A DNA stretch of 63,879 bases, counting the filler, from Vezdaea acicularis (Eukaryota): assembly GCA_026025075.1 (NCBI GenBank). It is 5 parts of 5 records of this genome, joined end to end, with 100 filler letters (N's around TTAATTAATTAA, not from the genome) between each part and the next. Parts side by side here need not be neighbours in the genome. Positions count along the whole stretch, not along the records: positions 1 to 13,140 come from JAPEUI010000235.1; positions 13,241 to 26,297 come from JAPEUI010000236.1; 3 more parts are not named here. The stretch is one strand, 5' to 3'. This document shows, one piece after another, positions 1-13,625 of this stretch. The position numbers were made by a program, and so were the translations under genes. Positions within the stretch are counted from its first letter, which is position 1. The number at the start of each line of letters is the position of its first letter. The notes under the pieces were generated by a model that had not been told where the DNA came from, searched no databases, and saw only the letters and a program-made list of their open reading frames with translations.

Positions 1-24
1 GTCCTCCCGTGACCGCTTCTACGG

Positions 25-725
25 CAAGCCTGCGCTACCCCTGCGTCACGTGATCACCGTCATATAGCAAAGCGGGGAAGCACTGTAGAATAGCTCCCTA
101 GTATTCAATCGTATAGATACTTACTATTGACTACTAAACCATTCTACCATCTATTGCGAGCCCCCTGCGTGTGTACTGCTTGCCTACTGCGTCCCGCATC
201 ACTTATCCGAATTGATCCTAGCCGCTCCCTGCTCGTACGCTATATCCTCACACCCACTGTAGTCAAATGCTTCACGCTCGAAAGCAGAAAATAGCCCTGC
301 CAGGCCGCGGATATAGTCGGGGGGTATAAGAATCTAACAAGAGTAATAGCTTAGTACTATTGAGCTAATACTAAGAATCATCATTATCATTGATTGCCAA
401 CGATCTCAGAACTGCTGAAAGTAACGCATGCCGATGGGTAAACATGCCCACTATTCGCTCGTTTGTCGTCCGATTCGGCCTGCGCCAGCCCATATGTCAC
501 GTGATCCCGCTTATATGGGAAAGCATGGAAGCGCTGTAGAATAGCTCTCTAGTGTGCAATCGTATAGATACTTACCATTGACTACTAGACAATTATAACT
601 TCTCCTATAACTATCCTGCGTGCCTGCTGCGTCCCGCTGCGCTAGTGCAATTGATCCTGGCCTGCTCTCTTCTCGTACGCCGCGTATTCACAGATATCCC
701 CGTTAGCCATTGCTCGCACGGACAG
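25..725. repeat. Degenerate direct duplication, period ~450 bp (copy 1 ~25-290, copy 2 ~475-725); probable TE/LTR relic
   Basis: Shared blocks GCCTGCGC..GTCACGTGATC (45 and 496), CTGTAGAATAGCTC, CAATCGTATAGATACTTAC.ATTGACTACTA, CTGCGTCCCGC, AATTGATCCT and CTCGTACGC. TpA-rich spacer. Confidence 0.7.
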
Positions 726-1717
726 TCTTAGATGAATAAATCTGGTCGCACAGTAGGTTAGCTCGGAGGTAGGTTTGAAGAGCAAGGAAGGTGTGAGTGA
801 TCCAATTATTTCACTATTTGTTGAGCGTCTGTCCATCTGCGCACACATCTAAACACAGTTCTATGTCATAAATCTTTTGTCCAATTTCAAATAAGCGCAA
901 GAATTGCCCATCTATCTAAGGGATTCAACCGTCGAACGCCTAGTATACCATCCATCTACGACAATTGCAGTGCACAGCATGGTTCATTGTGCTCTGAAAA
1001 AGGTGTCAAGAAAATCTTCCCAAGATTTGGGCAAATTGCCCCTAGTACCTTTGACTTGTGGGTGGCAGGTTTGGGTTGCGACAGGAAAATTCCCGAAAAT
1101 CGGACGAAGACTTATGACATGGCACTGCATACACACACAGTACACACGCATCCCGCGAAACCGCTAAGGAGTGGGAGGGGATTTGGTATTACCATGACCA
1201 TCACCATCAACATTATTGACAATGACGCGGGGTAGGAGGAGGTGGAAAGGCAAAGACGGGTGGAGAGAGAGAGAGTGAAGGCCGATTCATCGCATGCATC
1301 TAACAAAGCCCTACATAAGCACAGGCTCTGGAAGGAAAGCAGGTTATGCAAATGATATTTTAATCGTAAACTTAATTCTGTCTCTATACCTTAAATTAAA
1401 CGTCGCGTCACGATGCTGCTGTACGAGCAGCTGACGGACAACCCCTTTTTTCTTTTCTTTTTCCTCCCCTTTATGCTTCTCCTTCCAAAGCCCAGCCACA
1501 CCTCTGCAGCAACATGAATAGCCTCCTCCGACCGAGATCCCACGATGATATCCCCAACTTTTCGTATTTTCCACCACGTCAGTCAGTCGGCCAGTGAGTT
1601 AGCCAGTAGCGAATCGTACATGCGAAAAGGACGAGCGTCCAGCTGGAGGAAGCAGAGCTAGGGGAGCTAGGTGCAGGGGGGCCTGAGAGTGTGTAGCTGG
1701 CGGATGTCTATCTCCAC

Positions 1718-4700
1718 CTAATACTCGCGGCGCTGCCCACGGCCACGGCCATTGCCGGCGCTCCCGCCGTCCTTCACGAGCTGCAGGATGATGTCCTTCG
1801 CTTGCTCGACGCCCTCCTTACTGCCTATAATCTCGATGGCTTCGCCTTTTGCCTGGTCACGAGGAACGGTGATCTTGCAGCCCGTCTGGGACTTGATGTT
1901 CTTGACTTCCGCGCCGCCTGGACCGATCACGAAGCGATACGTCTTGGGGTCTGGGAGGATAAGATAGCCCATCGAGGATTGCTCCATAGCTTGCTTGATA
2001 GCATTCTCTAGGCGAGCGCGTGCCTTGGTGACTTCGGCGGCGTTACCACGAAGGACCCAGGGGATATCGCCTTCCTCGGCAGACTTGCCAACCGTGTCAC
2101 GAACGGTCCAAAAGTACGCCTCAGAGTCTTGGTCATCAGTGATGAGGGGCAGATTAGCCGTGGCGCCTCGGCTTTGGAGAACTTCTCCGGTCGGTTTAGG
2201 CGGTGGCTGGTGGCCTTCGTGGTCAACATTGACTTTAAAATCGTAGCGGAGATGTCGGGCGAATTGGCCATCGTCGGCAATCGTGTGGTGAACACGACGT
2301 GGGACCTGAACAGTGTGACCTTCTTTTTCCTTAATCATATTGCCAATCTGGCTCTTGCATTTTGCGACGTTTTCGGCTTCTCCAGTGATCTTGACCGCAG
2401 TCCGCCCTTGCCCTTGCTTCGGGACATCGATGCTCACGCCGAATTGCGACTCCAAGTTGCGTCGTACGTCTCCACCTCGTCCTATAATCATTCGATGCTT
2501 CTCTTGAGGAACATCAATCGTGTCGATCGTCTCGCTTTCCTTCCGCTTGATAATCTCTTCAAGGGATGCGATGATTTTGTCCACCACCACTTGATTTCCT
2601 TCAACACGAATCAAGTTCTCATCCACGTCGTGGTTTGGGAATCTGACCATACGCGCGAGCTCGCGACTATTATCAGGGCCTCCAGCCTTCACTATAACAT
2701 CGCGAATGTGAGCGCCTATCAAAAATTTTAGCACGTAACTTCTTTAAACAGTATAGCTCAAAAGCCTTCTTACCACCGCCACCAATTAGAGCTTTGTGAT
2801 GCTTCTTATCTATTTCAACCGTACGAACTACGGTGGCGTCGAAAGCCCTTGATCTCTCCTCAATCAGCTTCTTTGCGTCCTCGACCTGCTTCTTGGTACC
2901 CCTTATCTGGATTTCCGTCCTAGGAGCAGAGTCAGGAACATCACGCGGTACTTCAATCTGTGCACCAGTCATGATTCGAATGTTCTGCATTTCACGACCG
3001 CCCTGGCCGATCAAAGATGGTACCTGTTTGCGAGCGATAGAGACTGAGGCAGTGTGGGATGTGTCTTTGGTATACTGAAGAAGATTGAGTAGCTCCTCGC
3101 GTGCCTGGTCGGCTCCTTTCTTGGGCCCACGAACAAAGACTTCATCGTGACCTTGAGATGGACGGCCACTTCGCCCACCAACTTCGCTGGCTGTATCCGC
3201 GTTTGACTGGCTGTCATCACCAAAGGATTGTGTAGTCCTTGGGAAATTAATGCGAACACCATATCTCTCTTGAAGCCGATTGACCGTGCTACCCTTCGAG
3301 CCAATAAGATCCTTATGATACTTTGGATCGATCTTTAAGACGTAACTAGCTTCGTCCTCTAGCTTCTTACGCAGAGCTGTGATTCTAGCCTTGCAAGCCT
3401 CACCTTTCGCCTTGGGCCCTTTGATATCAACTTTTCCGTCTTGTACTTGGATGTCCACGTCAAATTCATCGCGGAGCTTGCGAATATTCTCCCCGCGCTT
3501 GCCAATGAGTATGTTCGCGTACTTCTGTGGGTAGTCAAACGTAATTACATGGCCCCGTTCCGTCTCATCGATCTTCTCCTGCTCGACAAATTCATGGATG
3601 CTTTGTGCGAGAGCCTCGACTCGATCAACGGGGCCCCGGAGGAAGACAGTATCTGGAGAAGCTGGTTTTTCGTTCGAGGTTTGGTCAGTTGGGATGGAAC
3701 CTTTTCGAGGCGTTCTGTCCCCGAAATGAACGCGCACTGGCAGTATCCCCTCTTCGAGACCATGTAGCTTACGATCGATGAACCGTTGGGTCTTTTCATG
3801 AAACCTTTCAAATGCAAGTCAGTACCGTCAATATCGCTTCTCAATTGATCATCACCTACTTCTGAGGAACAAAAATAACTTTGTCGACAATTTCCTGCTG
3901 GCCTTCTGTCATCTCGCTAATGAGTGACTGAACAGCCAACAGAGCTCTCTCAAACTCCACAATCTCCGCAGGCGAAGGTTGTTTTTTGGGAGCGACATAA
4001 TCTTGACCTGGGGTCGGGATACCTTCATAGACCAACAAGATTTGACCATCGTCATCCTCGTCGTCAGGAACTAGCACATGCACGCCGTGGTCATCCTTGG
4101 CTTGCCGAGCCATACTTCCCCGAAGACGCTCGTAGTATAGAGGATCTAAGTCGACATGCGCAAGACGAGATGGAGGATGTCCATTAATAAGGTTCATTAC
4201 CTCTTGCTTCGCGCGCATTGACTTCTTCAGATCCCGCGAATATATTTCCCAGGAAGCTGCTCCATCTTGAAAGCTTGGTAGAGCGATATGAGCGTCGTAC
4301 ATCTTCTCCAGTCGCTCTATCTCACGACGTTGCTTAAGATATCGAGTAACATTGCGGGCGTGAGTGTGAGCACCATGAGGAGCTTTCGGATGTTGCCGAG
4401 AGATGTCAATAGTCGTCCCTTGCATATCCTTTGCAAGATCCCAGATTTTGTCTATACCAACATCAATGGCTTCGGTAGGTCCCACGATGGTCAATATGTC
4501 TGTATCCTCATTTGAAGGAGGTAAGATCACCGTGCAACCAGTCTCGACGAGAAAGTCGTTCATAGAAAGACCTCGTTCGCCAATGATGAATTGGTGCTGA
4601 CCTCGGTTGATATGAAGCTGCGAAAGTGTTAATTGCTGTCGAAGTTCCGCAACTTTGCTTGCAATTTCTGCTCGTGCTTCCTGGATCGCCATTCTATCTC

Positions 4701-6035
4701 CGGAGAGCTCAATCAGAGGGCCTTGAGAAGGTATAAAGGTTGGAACTTCGTCCGCGGACGGAATTTCAGGAGGGGGCTGATGCACCCATGTATGGTATTG
4801 TGGAACATGTATGCGCACATCTCTACCGTCTTCCAGAGCAGATATTCCCGAATTATGAGCGCCCGCGATAAATGGAAAGAATTCAGCGGGGATATCCTTC
4901 AGTCGGTGGGTTATATTGGCGTTCTGTTGCTTTACGATTGCTTCTATATCCTGGATGGCGAGGCCAATGCTGCAAGGGTCGCCCTCAAGAGCCAGCTGTA
5001 CGGTGTCATCATCCCCTAAATGAGCTTGCGAGTTTTCTTCTGCCCTTGGGACTTGAATACGACATCCCGAATCTAGAGACAATTTCTTGATGACTGCGCC
5101 CTGCCTTCCAATTATATGAGGTCGGACAGAAATAGGAATTGGGTATTTGATAGTTGACTGTCAACTTGGTAAGTTTCAAAAGAAGATATTGTGAAATCTC
5201 AAGTCTCAATGCTCACCTTTATGGCGATCTCTTTGCTAACCGCTTTGAGGCTATTTCGGGTTTCATGTCGTGGACCCTTGGCCTCGAATAATAAGCCATC
5301 GAGAGTCGGCCGTATTTCCACTTTCACTCGTGAGCTCCTGTTGATATCTCGTACAATCTCTTGAACTGGCTTCCTCAACTGGTTCTTCGGCTTCAAGTGT
5401 GATGTCTTTAATCTCAGCCCTTCCGGGGATATGCAGTTAGCGAATGACCATTCTGATGGTTTGTTGCCTGTCGGAGCAGCGCGCATTGGAGAATCCAAGC
5501 CTGAGGGCGATATTGCAAGGCCAGAAATAGGCGTAGAAGCACCAGAAGAGACATTGCTAGATGAGAGAACCGGAGTTCCGCCGTTCGTTACGCTCGAGAG
5601 GCCATTAGTACCTGCATTACGGATAGGCGCAGCTTTCTTAGTGCTCCAAGCTAATGGGACTGAAGCAGACGCCCGTGGCTTGGGCCCTTTTGCGAGTTCC
5701 GGAAACATGTCCGTTGATCGAGTATCAAAGACGGGCTTTTCCGGCCTTGAAGCAGTAGTGGTATTTTGCTTCTCAGTCTCGCCTCCTACGCTTGGTGCTT
5801 TAAGTGCAGCAGCGTCTTCTAAAACACTGCCTAGTGCACCGGCGCTTGTGTGAGGATGTTTAGACGACAGTGGAGGGTGAATGACATCTTCCTCATCCAC
5901 TGTTTCCTCAACTGTGGGGCGATGAGACTCTTCTGCGTGATGTTTTTGAAGTAAAGCAGCCGCAGGCGATACTGACGCTTTTGCGGACGAGCTTACCCCG
6001 TTCGATAACGTAGCTCCGTTAGCAATTTCCTCCAT
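1718..6035 (-). CDS. SCP160: Vigilin / Scp160 multi-KH-domain RNA-binding protein, 4 exons
   Basis: ORFs 5199-6035, 3856-5082, 2673-3737 and 1718-2734 join through short GT-AG introns (donors GTGAGC at 5216, GTAGGT ~3859, GTAAGA ~2773). Many KH GxxG motifs: HIIGRQG, FIAGAHN, FIIGERG, LIGKRGE, LIGSKGS, LIGQGGR, IIGRGGD, VIGPGGA. Confidence 0.93.
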
Positions 6036-8130
6036 TATTACGGTGAATGTAAGTTTTTAGCACAAATAAGAAGGGTCTGAGGTAAAGGATAAAGCTTGTT
6101 GATGGTACAGTAGGTCGTGAGACCGATTTGCTGATTTAAATGATGAAATTGTCTGATTCAAGCCAACCCCTGTTTGACGTAGAGCGTGAACGGGATCGAT
6201 CAAGCTTTTTACAAGCCAATGCGAGTAGCCCCAACTGACGCCAGTTATGGAGTTGATGCCACGTGTTCGTCCAATTATACAGTACAGTAGGTCGGCGAGC
6301 CCGTTTTTGCGAAGTGAAGCAATATCAGTGCCTACTTCGATCAGTCCATACTATTGGATCTAGAGTGCATATGTCTCAGAGGTGTACAAGACAACGTAGG
6401 TATCTCCAGTCAAGGTCGGACGAGAAGGGGAGGTCCTATAATAATTGTGGTGCAGTAAAATGAGGCGGTGGGTTTCGTTGAGTGAAATGATTCTTGTGTC
6501 TACATCAAGTCAGTTCCTGGTTCAAAGTAAAGCGGGAACATACCAGGTGGAGGCTCACAGGTGAATGGAGGCAATCCCAATTGACATCGGATGCAGGGTT
6601 GGGGTGGGGGGAAGAGCTGAGGTAGCTATGTTGACCTGGGTTCTAAAGTTTCCATGCCCCTCGGCCGCTGCACTTTGAGCTTTTAGCTCGCGGGAAGTCC
6701 GGGATAGATAGACTTCAAGAGGCTGAAGGCGGTAGACGCTGGAATTTAACAATTGGGAGCAGAGCGGGCACGAGTGATGTTGAAAGGTGCGGTTGAAATT
6801 GAGAACGAAGCCGCTTCTGTGACGATGATCTTCCCCCCGTCAGGCACGGAAAAACGGAAAGTTAATTGTGTGTCCTCAGCCGTGGCAGCACCTGTGGGTC
6901 CCTAAGCACGCCAAGTCCTGCGCCTGGAGGGCGGTGCTGCTGTAAGCGAGAATGACGGTTATAGTGAATGCTCGTGGGTTATGCCCGGGCTTTTGCTTTC
7001 AGCATCAAGATTTATGTTGCTGCTGAAAAGGTTTGGCAATAGCTCTCTGCTTGATGCAAAGCAGAATGCGTTACGGGAGAAGGCAAGAATACAGACATTA
7101 ATTCACTGCGCATGCAAAGAGCCCCTCCGTACGGTGTCTATCATCGACAGGTAGGAGGGCTACTGACACACCAGCTTCTACCGCATCTCAAGCCTTTGCT
7201 TTTAACTTAAATGGCCCATATAGGGGGTGACTGACGCCGGCAAAGACGCCTGACACGAGATTGAGTGCTTGTGATAAGCCTTGGATGATTGGCGGTGATT
7301 CAAAATGGCTTCGTCTGCATTCTTGCACGGTCAAGGGAATCAGTTGCCGCAAGATACATGGCATACACGAGCGAGAAGAGGCAATTGTGACCAGCTCAAC
7401 AATGAAAGACCGAATTTACTCCTGCTAGATCTTGCTTTCATCAAGAAACTGCTCCTTAAGTTCCATTTAAGCCACCTAACGCCCATGACCACAGCCCCCT
7501 TGACCTCTGCTACCCGCAACTAGATCTCCGGCGGTGCAATCGCTATCGCGAATACTGACCATGCTCTCCATTCTGAGAATTGAGCAAGTTCACTGATGAT
7601 CGTCGAAAGAAGCGAAGTGAAGCATTCTAACTATTGTGGCTGTTGTAGACCGATGGAGGCGTGCCTTCGAAGCACACACAATAAGAAGGGAGGGATAAAG
7701 AAAGCTTGGGCAGCGAAGTCGGCGGCCATCAATTCCCGGTGGTGAGCTACTTACAAGCTTTTGTATTGCGCAGCAGTTGAGAATCCGCGAAGAGTCCCAT
7801 CCTTCTCTTCACCATCTCGACTTCCAGGCCAATGGCTCCTCTGTATCGACCATCCCGATTCTCCGTGGCCAGCGTTGGCGATCCGACTCAGTCCCAGGTG
7901 CAGGCCTAGACGAACGCTAAACACGGCATTGCCGCAACCCGCCTTCTCCCTTGTCTGACCGTCGAGCAGTTGAAGCAAACAGCGAACTCCGAACAGCGCC
8001 CAGCAGATCCCCGTAACGAGATTACAACCTCTACGCGTGGACGGTACGCGCCGTCCCACGTTTTAAAGATCGTTCAGGGCCCTCGCGGACAAGGCAAAGA
8101 GAGGGCGACGTAAGGATAAGGCTCGCAGGT

Positions 8131-11053
8131 ATGACCGACGACGAGTTTGGGAACAGTGAGCACAGCACCGAGGACCCTCGTGGCGCCAACAGAAATTCGA
8201 AACATGCCCGACGACGAATCACCAAGCCCCCTCCACCATCCGCATTGAATCAACCTGACATGTCTGGGGAGCCGTCGCTCAAGACCCAGAAGAGCTTTAC
8301 CTCGATCCAGCGCACCCCGTCGGCGCCCGTTTATCCTCGTTCGTTTGGCGGTGGGACGGCCGCCGCACAGCACGCTGCCTATCATCAGCGTAAGACAACT
8401 TCGCCCAACCCCGCCGCCTACATTACATCTTCATCGAGCTCTTCACTGGACCGGCAGATCTCTGGCCCTTCGCCCATCATTCCCAACGGCGACATTGGCG
8501 TGGGTACCGGCCAAGCTTACAATTACCAACCGCAGCAGCTGTATTCACCGCCGACTCAATTTCTGAATGAGCGCCGTTCCGACGATATTGCTGAGGCCGC
8601 TTCGCGTACCTCTAGGAACAACTCAACTTCGCAGGATCCAACGATAGCTTCTGGCCTACAACAATCCCTTCGTCGGCCACCGGGTCCTCCACTTTCTCAT
8701 ACTTCTCCAGATCCTCGATTGATGTCCCCAACCCTACGACAATCTGCAAGTTTCTCCGCAGGTGATCGACCAATGGAGATTTCCCCCCCTCGAAATGTCG
8801 AGAAAGGCCCGGTCAGCCAGAAGCGCTATTCGAATGAAGCAGGAGACTCAAAGGCCGGGCTTCCAAAGCGGAAAGGTGGGTTTTCAGGCTTCATCAATAG
8901 CTTCGTTGGATCGCCACGAAGACCAAATATCTCGGCACCTGAAAACCCGGTCCATGTTACGCACGTTGGTTATGACAACGAGACCGGTAAATTTACAGTA
9001 TGCAATATTTTCTAGCTCGCCTTCCCCCCAGGTTTGTGAGATTGGCTTTTAACATTCGACAGGGTTTGCCTAAAGAATGGCAACGTATGATCAATGAGAG
9101 TGGTATCACCAAAACCGAACAAGAACAAAACCCCCAGACTATCATGGATATCGTCACGTTCTATAAAGATACCACGGAAGGCAAGGGCCAAGATGGCGTA
9201 TGGCACAAATTCGACAATGCTCGAGCACAAGATATACAAAGCTCCCCACTTCTGCCGTCCGGGGGTTATTCCGTGATGAGTCCGCCCACTAGTCCACGTT
9301 TTCCTCGGGACCACGAAACCAGCTTCGAAAACCCTCGAGCGCCTCCTCCAATACCTCGTAGCACACCCAGTCAATCCACCCTATCTCCCGACCTATCTCT
9401 TCAGACAGGGTTCATGCCGCATAGACCGGCTCCAAGAGCCCCATACATGCCAGTTCGCTCTCCTATTCAGCCGTCAAATCCTTACAAGGAATTGCCTCGG
9501 GATCCGGGCACGAATGATGAGCTCGCTCCTCGACAATACCCTCCCACGCCAAACACACCGATATCCGATTCGCCTCAGTCACTTATCAGCGGTCCAAACG
9601 TCATTTCTCGCTCTAGGGCGGATGGCATGACGCCCAGCAGCCCTTATCCGGGCGGACAGGATTCATCTGATCCGTTCCCAGCCACTGCGACAAATGATCA
9701 ATCTTATCAGCGCGAACAGGGTCAAATTTCGTTAGATGCATCTCAAAAGAGTACCAACCAACAGCTGGAGCGCAGTCGAAGCAAACGACAACAAGAACTC
9801 AATGTACCAAATTCTAGCAAATCACCCAAGGCAAACGATATTGCAGCAGTACCTCATCCAAATCACCCTGCCCGGAATGGCGCCACTCCGGGGGCTGTTC
9901 CGCGCGTTCGGCCCGCCAAACCGCGGCCTAGCATAGACATCATAGCAAGGCTGAAAGCAATCTGCACAGATGCTGATCCCAGAGATATATACAAGAATTA
10001 CACTAAGATTGGTCAGGGCGCATCTGGCGGCGTTTATACCGGCTACGAAGTTGGGACCAATCGCATCGTAGCAATCAAGCAAATGAATCTTGAGCAGCAA
10101 CCAAAGAAAGATTTAATCATCAACGAGATTCTGGTCATGAAAGACAGCAAGCACAAGAACATCGTCAATTACATCGATAGCTTCCTACTCAAAGGTGACC
10201 TTTGGGTTATTATGGAGTATATGGAGGGTGGAAGTTTGACGGATGTCGTGACCTTCAACATCATGTCCGAGGGACAGATCGCTTCCGTCTGCAGAGAGGT
10301 ACCGTTACTTGGCGGAAATTAGCACGGCGCTGTACTAACATTGAACAGACGTTGAATGGATTACAACATTTACACTCCAAAGGCGTCATTCATCGTGACA
10401 TAAAGTCGGACAATATTCTGCTTTCGATGGAGGGCAACATCAAGTTGAGTAAGTGATGCTGCGCCAGATGATGGACTGCGCTGATCCTTTGATTTAGCCG
10501 ATTTTGGTTTCTGTGCTCAGATAAATGAGTCCCATAACAAGCGTACTACCATGGTCGGTACACCATACTGGATGGCTCCGGAGGTTGTGACTCGGAAAGA
10601 GTATGGCCGTAAAGTAGACATTTGGAGCTTAGGAATCATGGCGATCGAGATGATCGAGGGCGAGCCTCCATATCTATCAGAATCGCCGTTACGAGCCTTA
10701 TATCTCATCGCAACTCATGGAACGCCAAAACTCAAAGAACCACAGAATCTGTCCCCTCAGTGTCTGGATTTCATTGGTTTCGCCTTAAGGACAGACCCTG
10801 AGAAGAGAGCTTCTGCACATGATTTACTTAGGGTAAGTAACCCTTATTTTTCTTTGAGGAAGAATGTTCCTGGCTACACGCATATACGGCCGTGTCAAGG
10901 AGGCTGCGATTTCGATCCTGCGACAATCTCTGAAATCATAGACTAACTCTTACATAGCACCCATTCATTGGCTCTGCCACTCCCTTAACTGACCTTGCTC
11001 CACTCGTCAAATCAGCTCGAACTTCTCGCCAGAACGAAAAGGCGAACAAATGA
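8131..11053 (+). CDS. STE20: PAK-family Ser/Thr kinase Ste20 (CRIB + kinase), 5 exons
   Basis: CRIB motif [16 protein letters not shown]..|GLPKEW. Kinase motifs [43 protein letters not shown]. Canonical introns ~8998-9062, 10299-10348, 10448-10497, 10833-10957. No PH domain, so Ste20 rather than Cla4. Confidence 0.95.
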
Positions 11054-11999
11054 TAATCTTGTTATTCTCTCAAGAACACCGCGTTCCTTCAATGGACTGT
11101 GTGACATATCTCTCATATGATCTGCAATGTTAATCTAAGGGGAAAATGGCACAAACTTGGTATTGTCATGTATCACGAAAAGGCGCTCGCGAACCTTCTA
11201 TTCAGGCGAAAGAATTCGACCCGGTGCGGTGGCATTGATGCATCGGCGCATTGAGCGATTGAAAGGGGACTTTTCACAGGGCGGATGGTATTTGCTTGCA
11301 CTTCATAGGTACCCATATATTTATAAGAGCTAAATAGAAAATTATGGTCTCAAGTAGGCGTTCCTCCCTTACCCTACATGATGGTATGCAAACCCAAAGT
11401 CTTGATATGGTAGCGCTGGACTGGATTAGGGGGCAGACTATACTTTCTAGCCAGTCGACTTACGGGAGTCTTCTGTTACGTGACGCATAATGTGTAAAAA
11501 CTGCGCTTCTCACTTTCTTGACATTCCTTCATTCCATTGCTTCACCAGAATCTTTCATATCAATCATTCTGGCCATGGTACAGTGCTTAGTCGTAGTGGC
11601 AGGCAGCGTAGGCCTTACGACATTGCTAGTTCTCTATCATGTCGTAGATCCTGGGCCAAATATTTATCCAGATGACCGTTGAGTGAAGTGTGAGTAGGTT
11701 AGATATACTATTTAGGGTCCCGAAAAGTGGAATACACCCATGTGGCGCTCATATGGGCAATATTTGTAGTCTCATTTTTTCGCAGCCTGTGATCGTGCCT
11801 CTCAAAGCAACTTGCCTAAGCGCGGGAGTATGCGCCACGACCAATTACGCAGCTGCCGCCTGAGCAGTGAGGCGCCGTACCGTTACCACGAAATCAAGCT
11901 CCAGAGCTCTCTCCACCGACCTATTTCTACCGACTGATCCCTAAACTCACAGCATCGTAGCTCTCGAACCGGAGCTTACTCAAGGCTGGAGAAGTAATC

Positions 12000-13140
12000 A
12001 TGTTCCGCGCCCAGCAGAACGCTTTCGATGATGTCGTCGGTATGTGGCATATACCGTTTCTACGTCCGTTGAAACCTTGATGCTCGAAGCGCTGACTGTG
12101 CCATAGCGAAGGCGACAGACGAGAACTTGACGTCGGAGAACTGGGAGTATATCATGGTAAAGAAGATCTAGTGAAACGAACATTCCCGAATACGGTAGCT
12201 CACTACTTTAGGACGTATGCGACAAGGTCACATCAGAAGATGCCGGGTTCGTCCCTAAGTCCACGAAATTAAAACCCACCAGATCTGACAAATAGTCTTT
12301 ACAGGGCGAAAGATGCCGTTGCTTCGATGATCAAAAGGTTGGCTCATCGGAATGCAAATGTGCAGTTATACACATTAGAGGTTCGTTCGACGACAAGGTT
12401 GAAATACTCTTTGCTGGGAGCTTACGCGGACTCTTTCTTTCCAGCTTGCCAATGCGCTTTCTCAAAATTGTGGACCAAAGATGTCAAGGGAGCTAGCTTC
12501 AAGGTCATTCACAGATGCCCTACTACGCCTCACTAATGACCGGGTACATACCACTCGAACATGGCCTCGCTGCTGACTCCCAAACTAACTTCGGCCAGAA
12601 CACACACCAACAAGTCAAGACTAAAATTCTAGAAAGGATGGCTGAATGGACAGAGATGTTTGCAAAGGATCCAGACTTGGGCATAATGGAACAACAGTAT
12701 ATGAAGCTTAAGACTCAGAGTTAGAACTCCGGCATGCAGGAATGATCAAATACGAGACTGACAAATATAGATCCTAATTTACACCCCCCATCGAAACCAA
12801 ACAAGCAGCAGATAACAGACACCGACAGACAAAAGGAGGAAGAGGAGTTACAAATGGCGCTTGCTCTATCTATAAAAGACAAGGCCAGCGCAGCCCATGC
12901 CGCTGCAGCGAAGTCAAAAGTGCCTAAGCCAACACCAAGCTCCGCCCAGTCACCTTCTTCACAACAGCCTGCGCCATCAGGGCCAGTTCCATCGGGCACA
13001 ACAGCGGCAACAGTCTCGAGGGTACGCGCTTTGTTCGATTTTCAACCGTCTGAAGCCGGTGAGCTACAGTTCCGTAAGGGAGATATAATTGCAGTACTTG
13101 AGTCGGTATATAAAGATTGGTGGAAGGGCTCGCTCAGGGG
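12000..13140 (+). CDS. HSE1: ESCRT-0 subunit Hse1/STAM (VHS-UIM-SH3), 3'-truncated at contig end
   Basis: Spliced reading [52 protein letters not shown] (VHS). [17 protein letters not shown]3 [29 protein letters not shown]. Confidence 0.93.
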
Positions 13141-13240
13141 NNNNNNNNNNNNNNNNNNNNNNNNNNNNNNNNNNNNNNNNNNNNTTAATTAATTAANNNN
13201 NNNNNNNNNNNNNNNNNNNNNNNNNNNNNNNNNNNNNNNN
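13141..13240. other. Artificial contig spacer (N run + TTAATTAATTAA + N run)
   Basis: The 12-mer places stops in all six frames. Identical 100-nt spacer at all four gaps. Confidence 0.98.
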
Positions 13241-13388
13241 ATCCTGCCTCTCAGCTAGCCATGATCGAATCCATCCTGCCTCCCAGCCAGCCATGATCGA
13301 ATCCATCCTGCCTCTCAGCTAGCCATGATCGAATCCATCCTGCCTCCCAGCCAGCCATGATCGAATCCATCCTGCCTCTCAGCCAGCC
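13241..13388. repeat. 32-bp minisatellite, ~4.6 copies, alternating variants (64-bp higher-order unit)
   Basis: Unit ATCCTGCCTCTCAGCTAGCCATGATCGAATCC alternates with ATCCTGCCTCCCAGCCAGCCATGATCGAATCC. The array runs off the contig end. Confidence 0.95.
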
Positions 13389-13625
13389 TTACTCTAAACC
13401 ACCCGGCCAGTCTGCGATCTAGATGCTTGTGATGCCGACAAGCCATCTGTCGGCTATACAGTGTTATTGCATTATTCCATTGCGCAATTCTGCGATATTT
13501 GGTTAAGAGCGTTGAGGTTTTCACTATAAAAATGACCGCAGATTCGCACTTTTTCAGGACCATTAAGCAAACTTACCAACTCACACCCGTCTCCATTCTC
13601 AATTATCTTCACTCAATACTCCACA

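Noticed and set aside
2673..2790. Overlapping SCP160 ORFs as a programmed frameshift
   Set aside because: Explained by an ordinary short GT-AG intron.
6550..7700. Possible structured RNA (RNase P/MRP or SRP-like GGGAAGTCC) between SCP160 and STE20
   Set aside because: Only a short motif matches, and I could not find the partner conserved regions by eye.
10833..10957. Longer STE20 intron with TGAGGA..CTGA as an intronic C/D snoRNA
   Set aside because: Box C is imperfect, the terminal stem is weak, and I recognise no rRNA-complementary guide.
13185..13196. TTAATTAATTAA palindrome-like motif recurring four times at ~13-kb spacing
   Set aside because: It is embedded in N runs and is an artificial six-frame stop linker, not biology.
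13241..13388. 32-bp repeats as a CRISPR array
   Set aside because: Units are contiguous with no unique spacers, there are no cas genes, and the context is eukaryotic.
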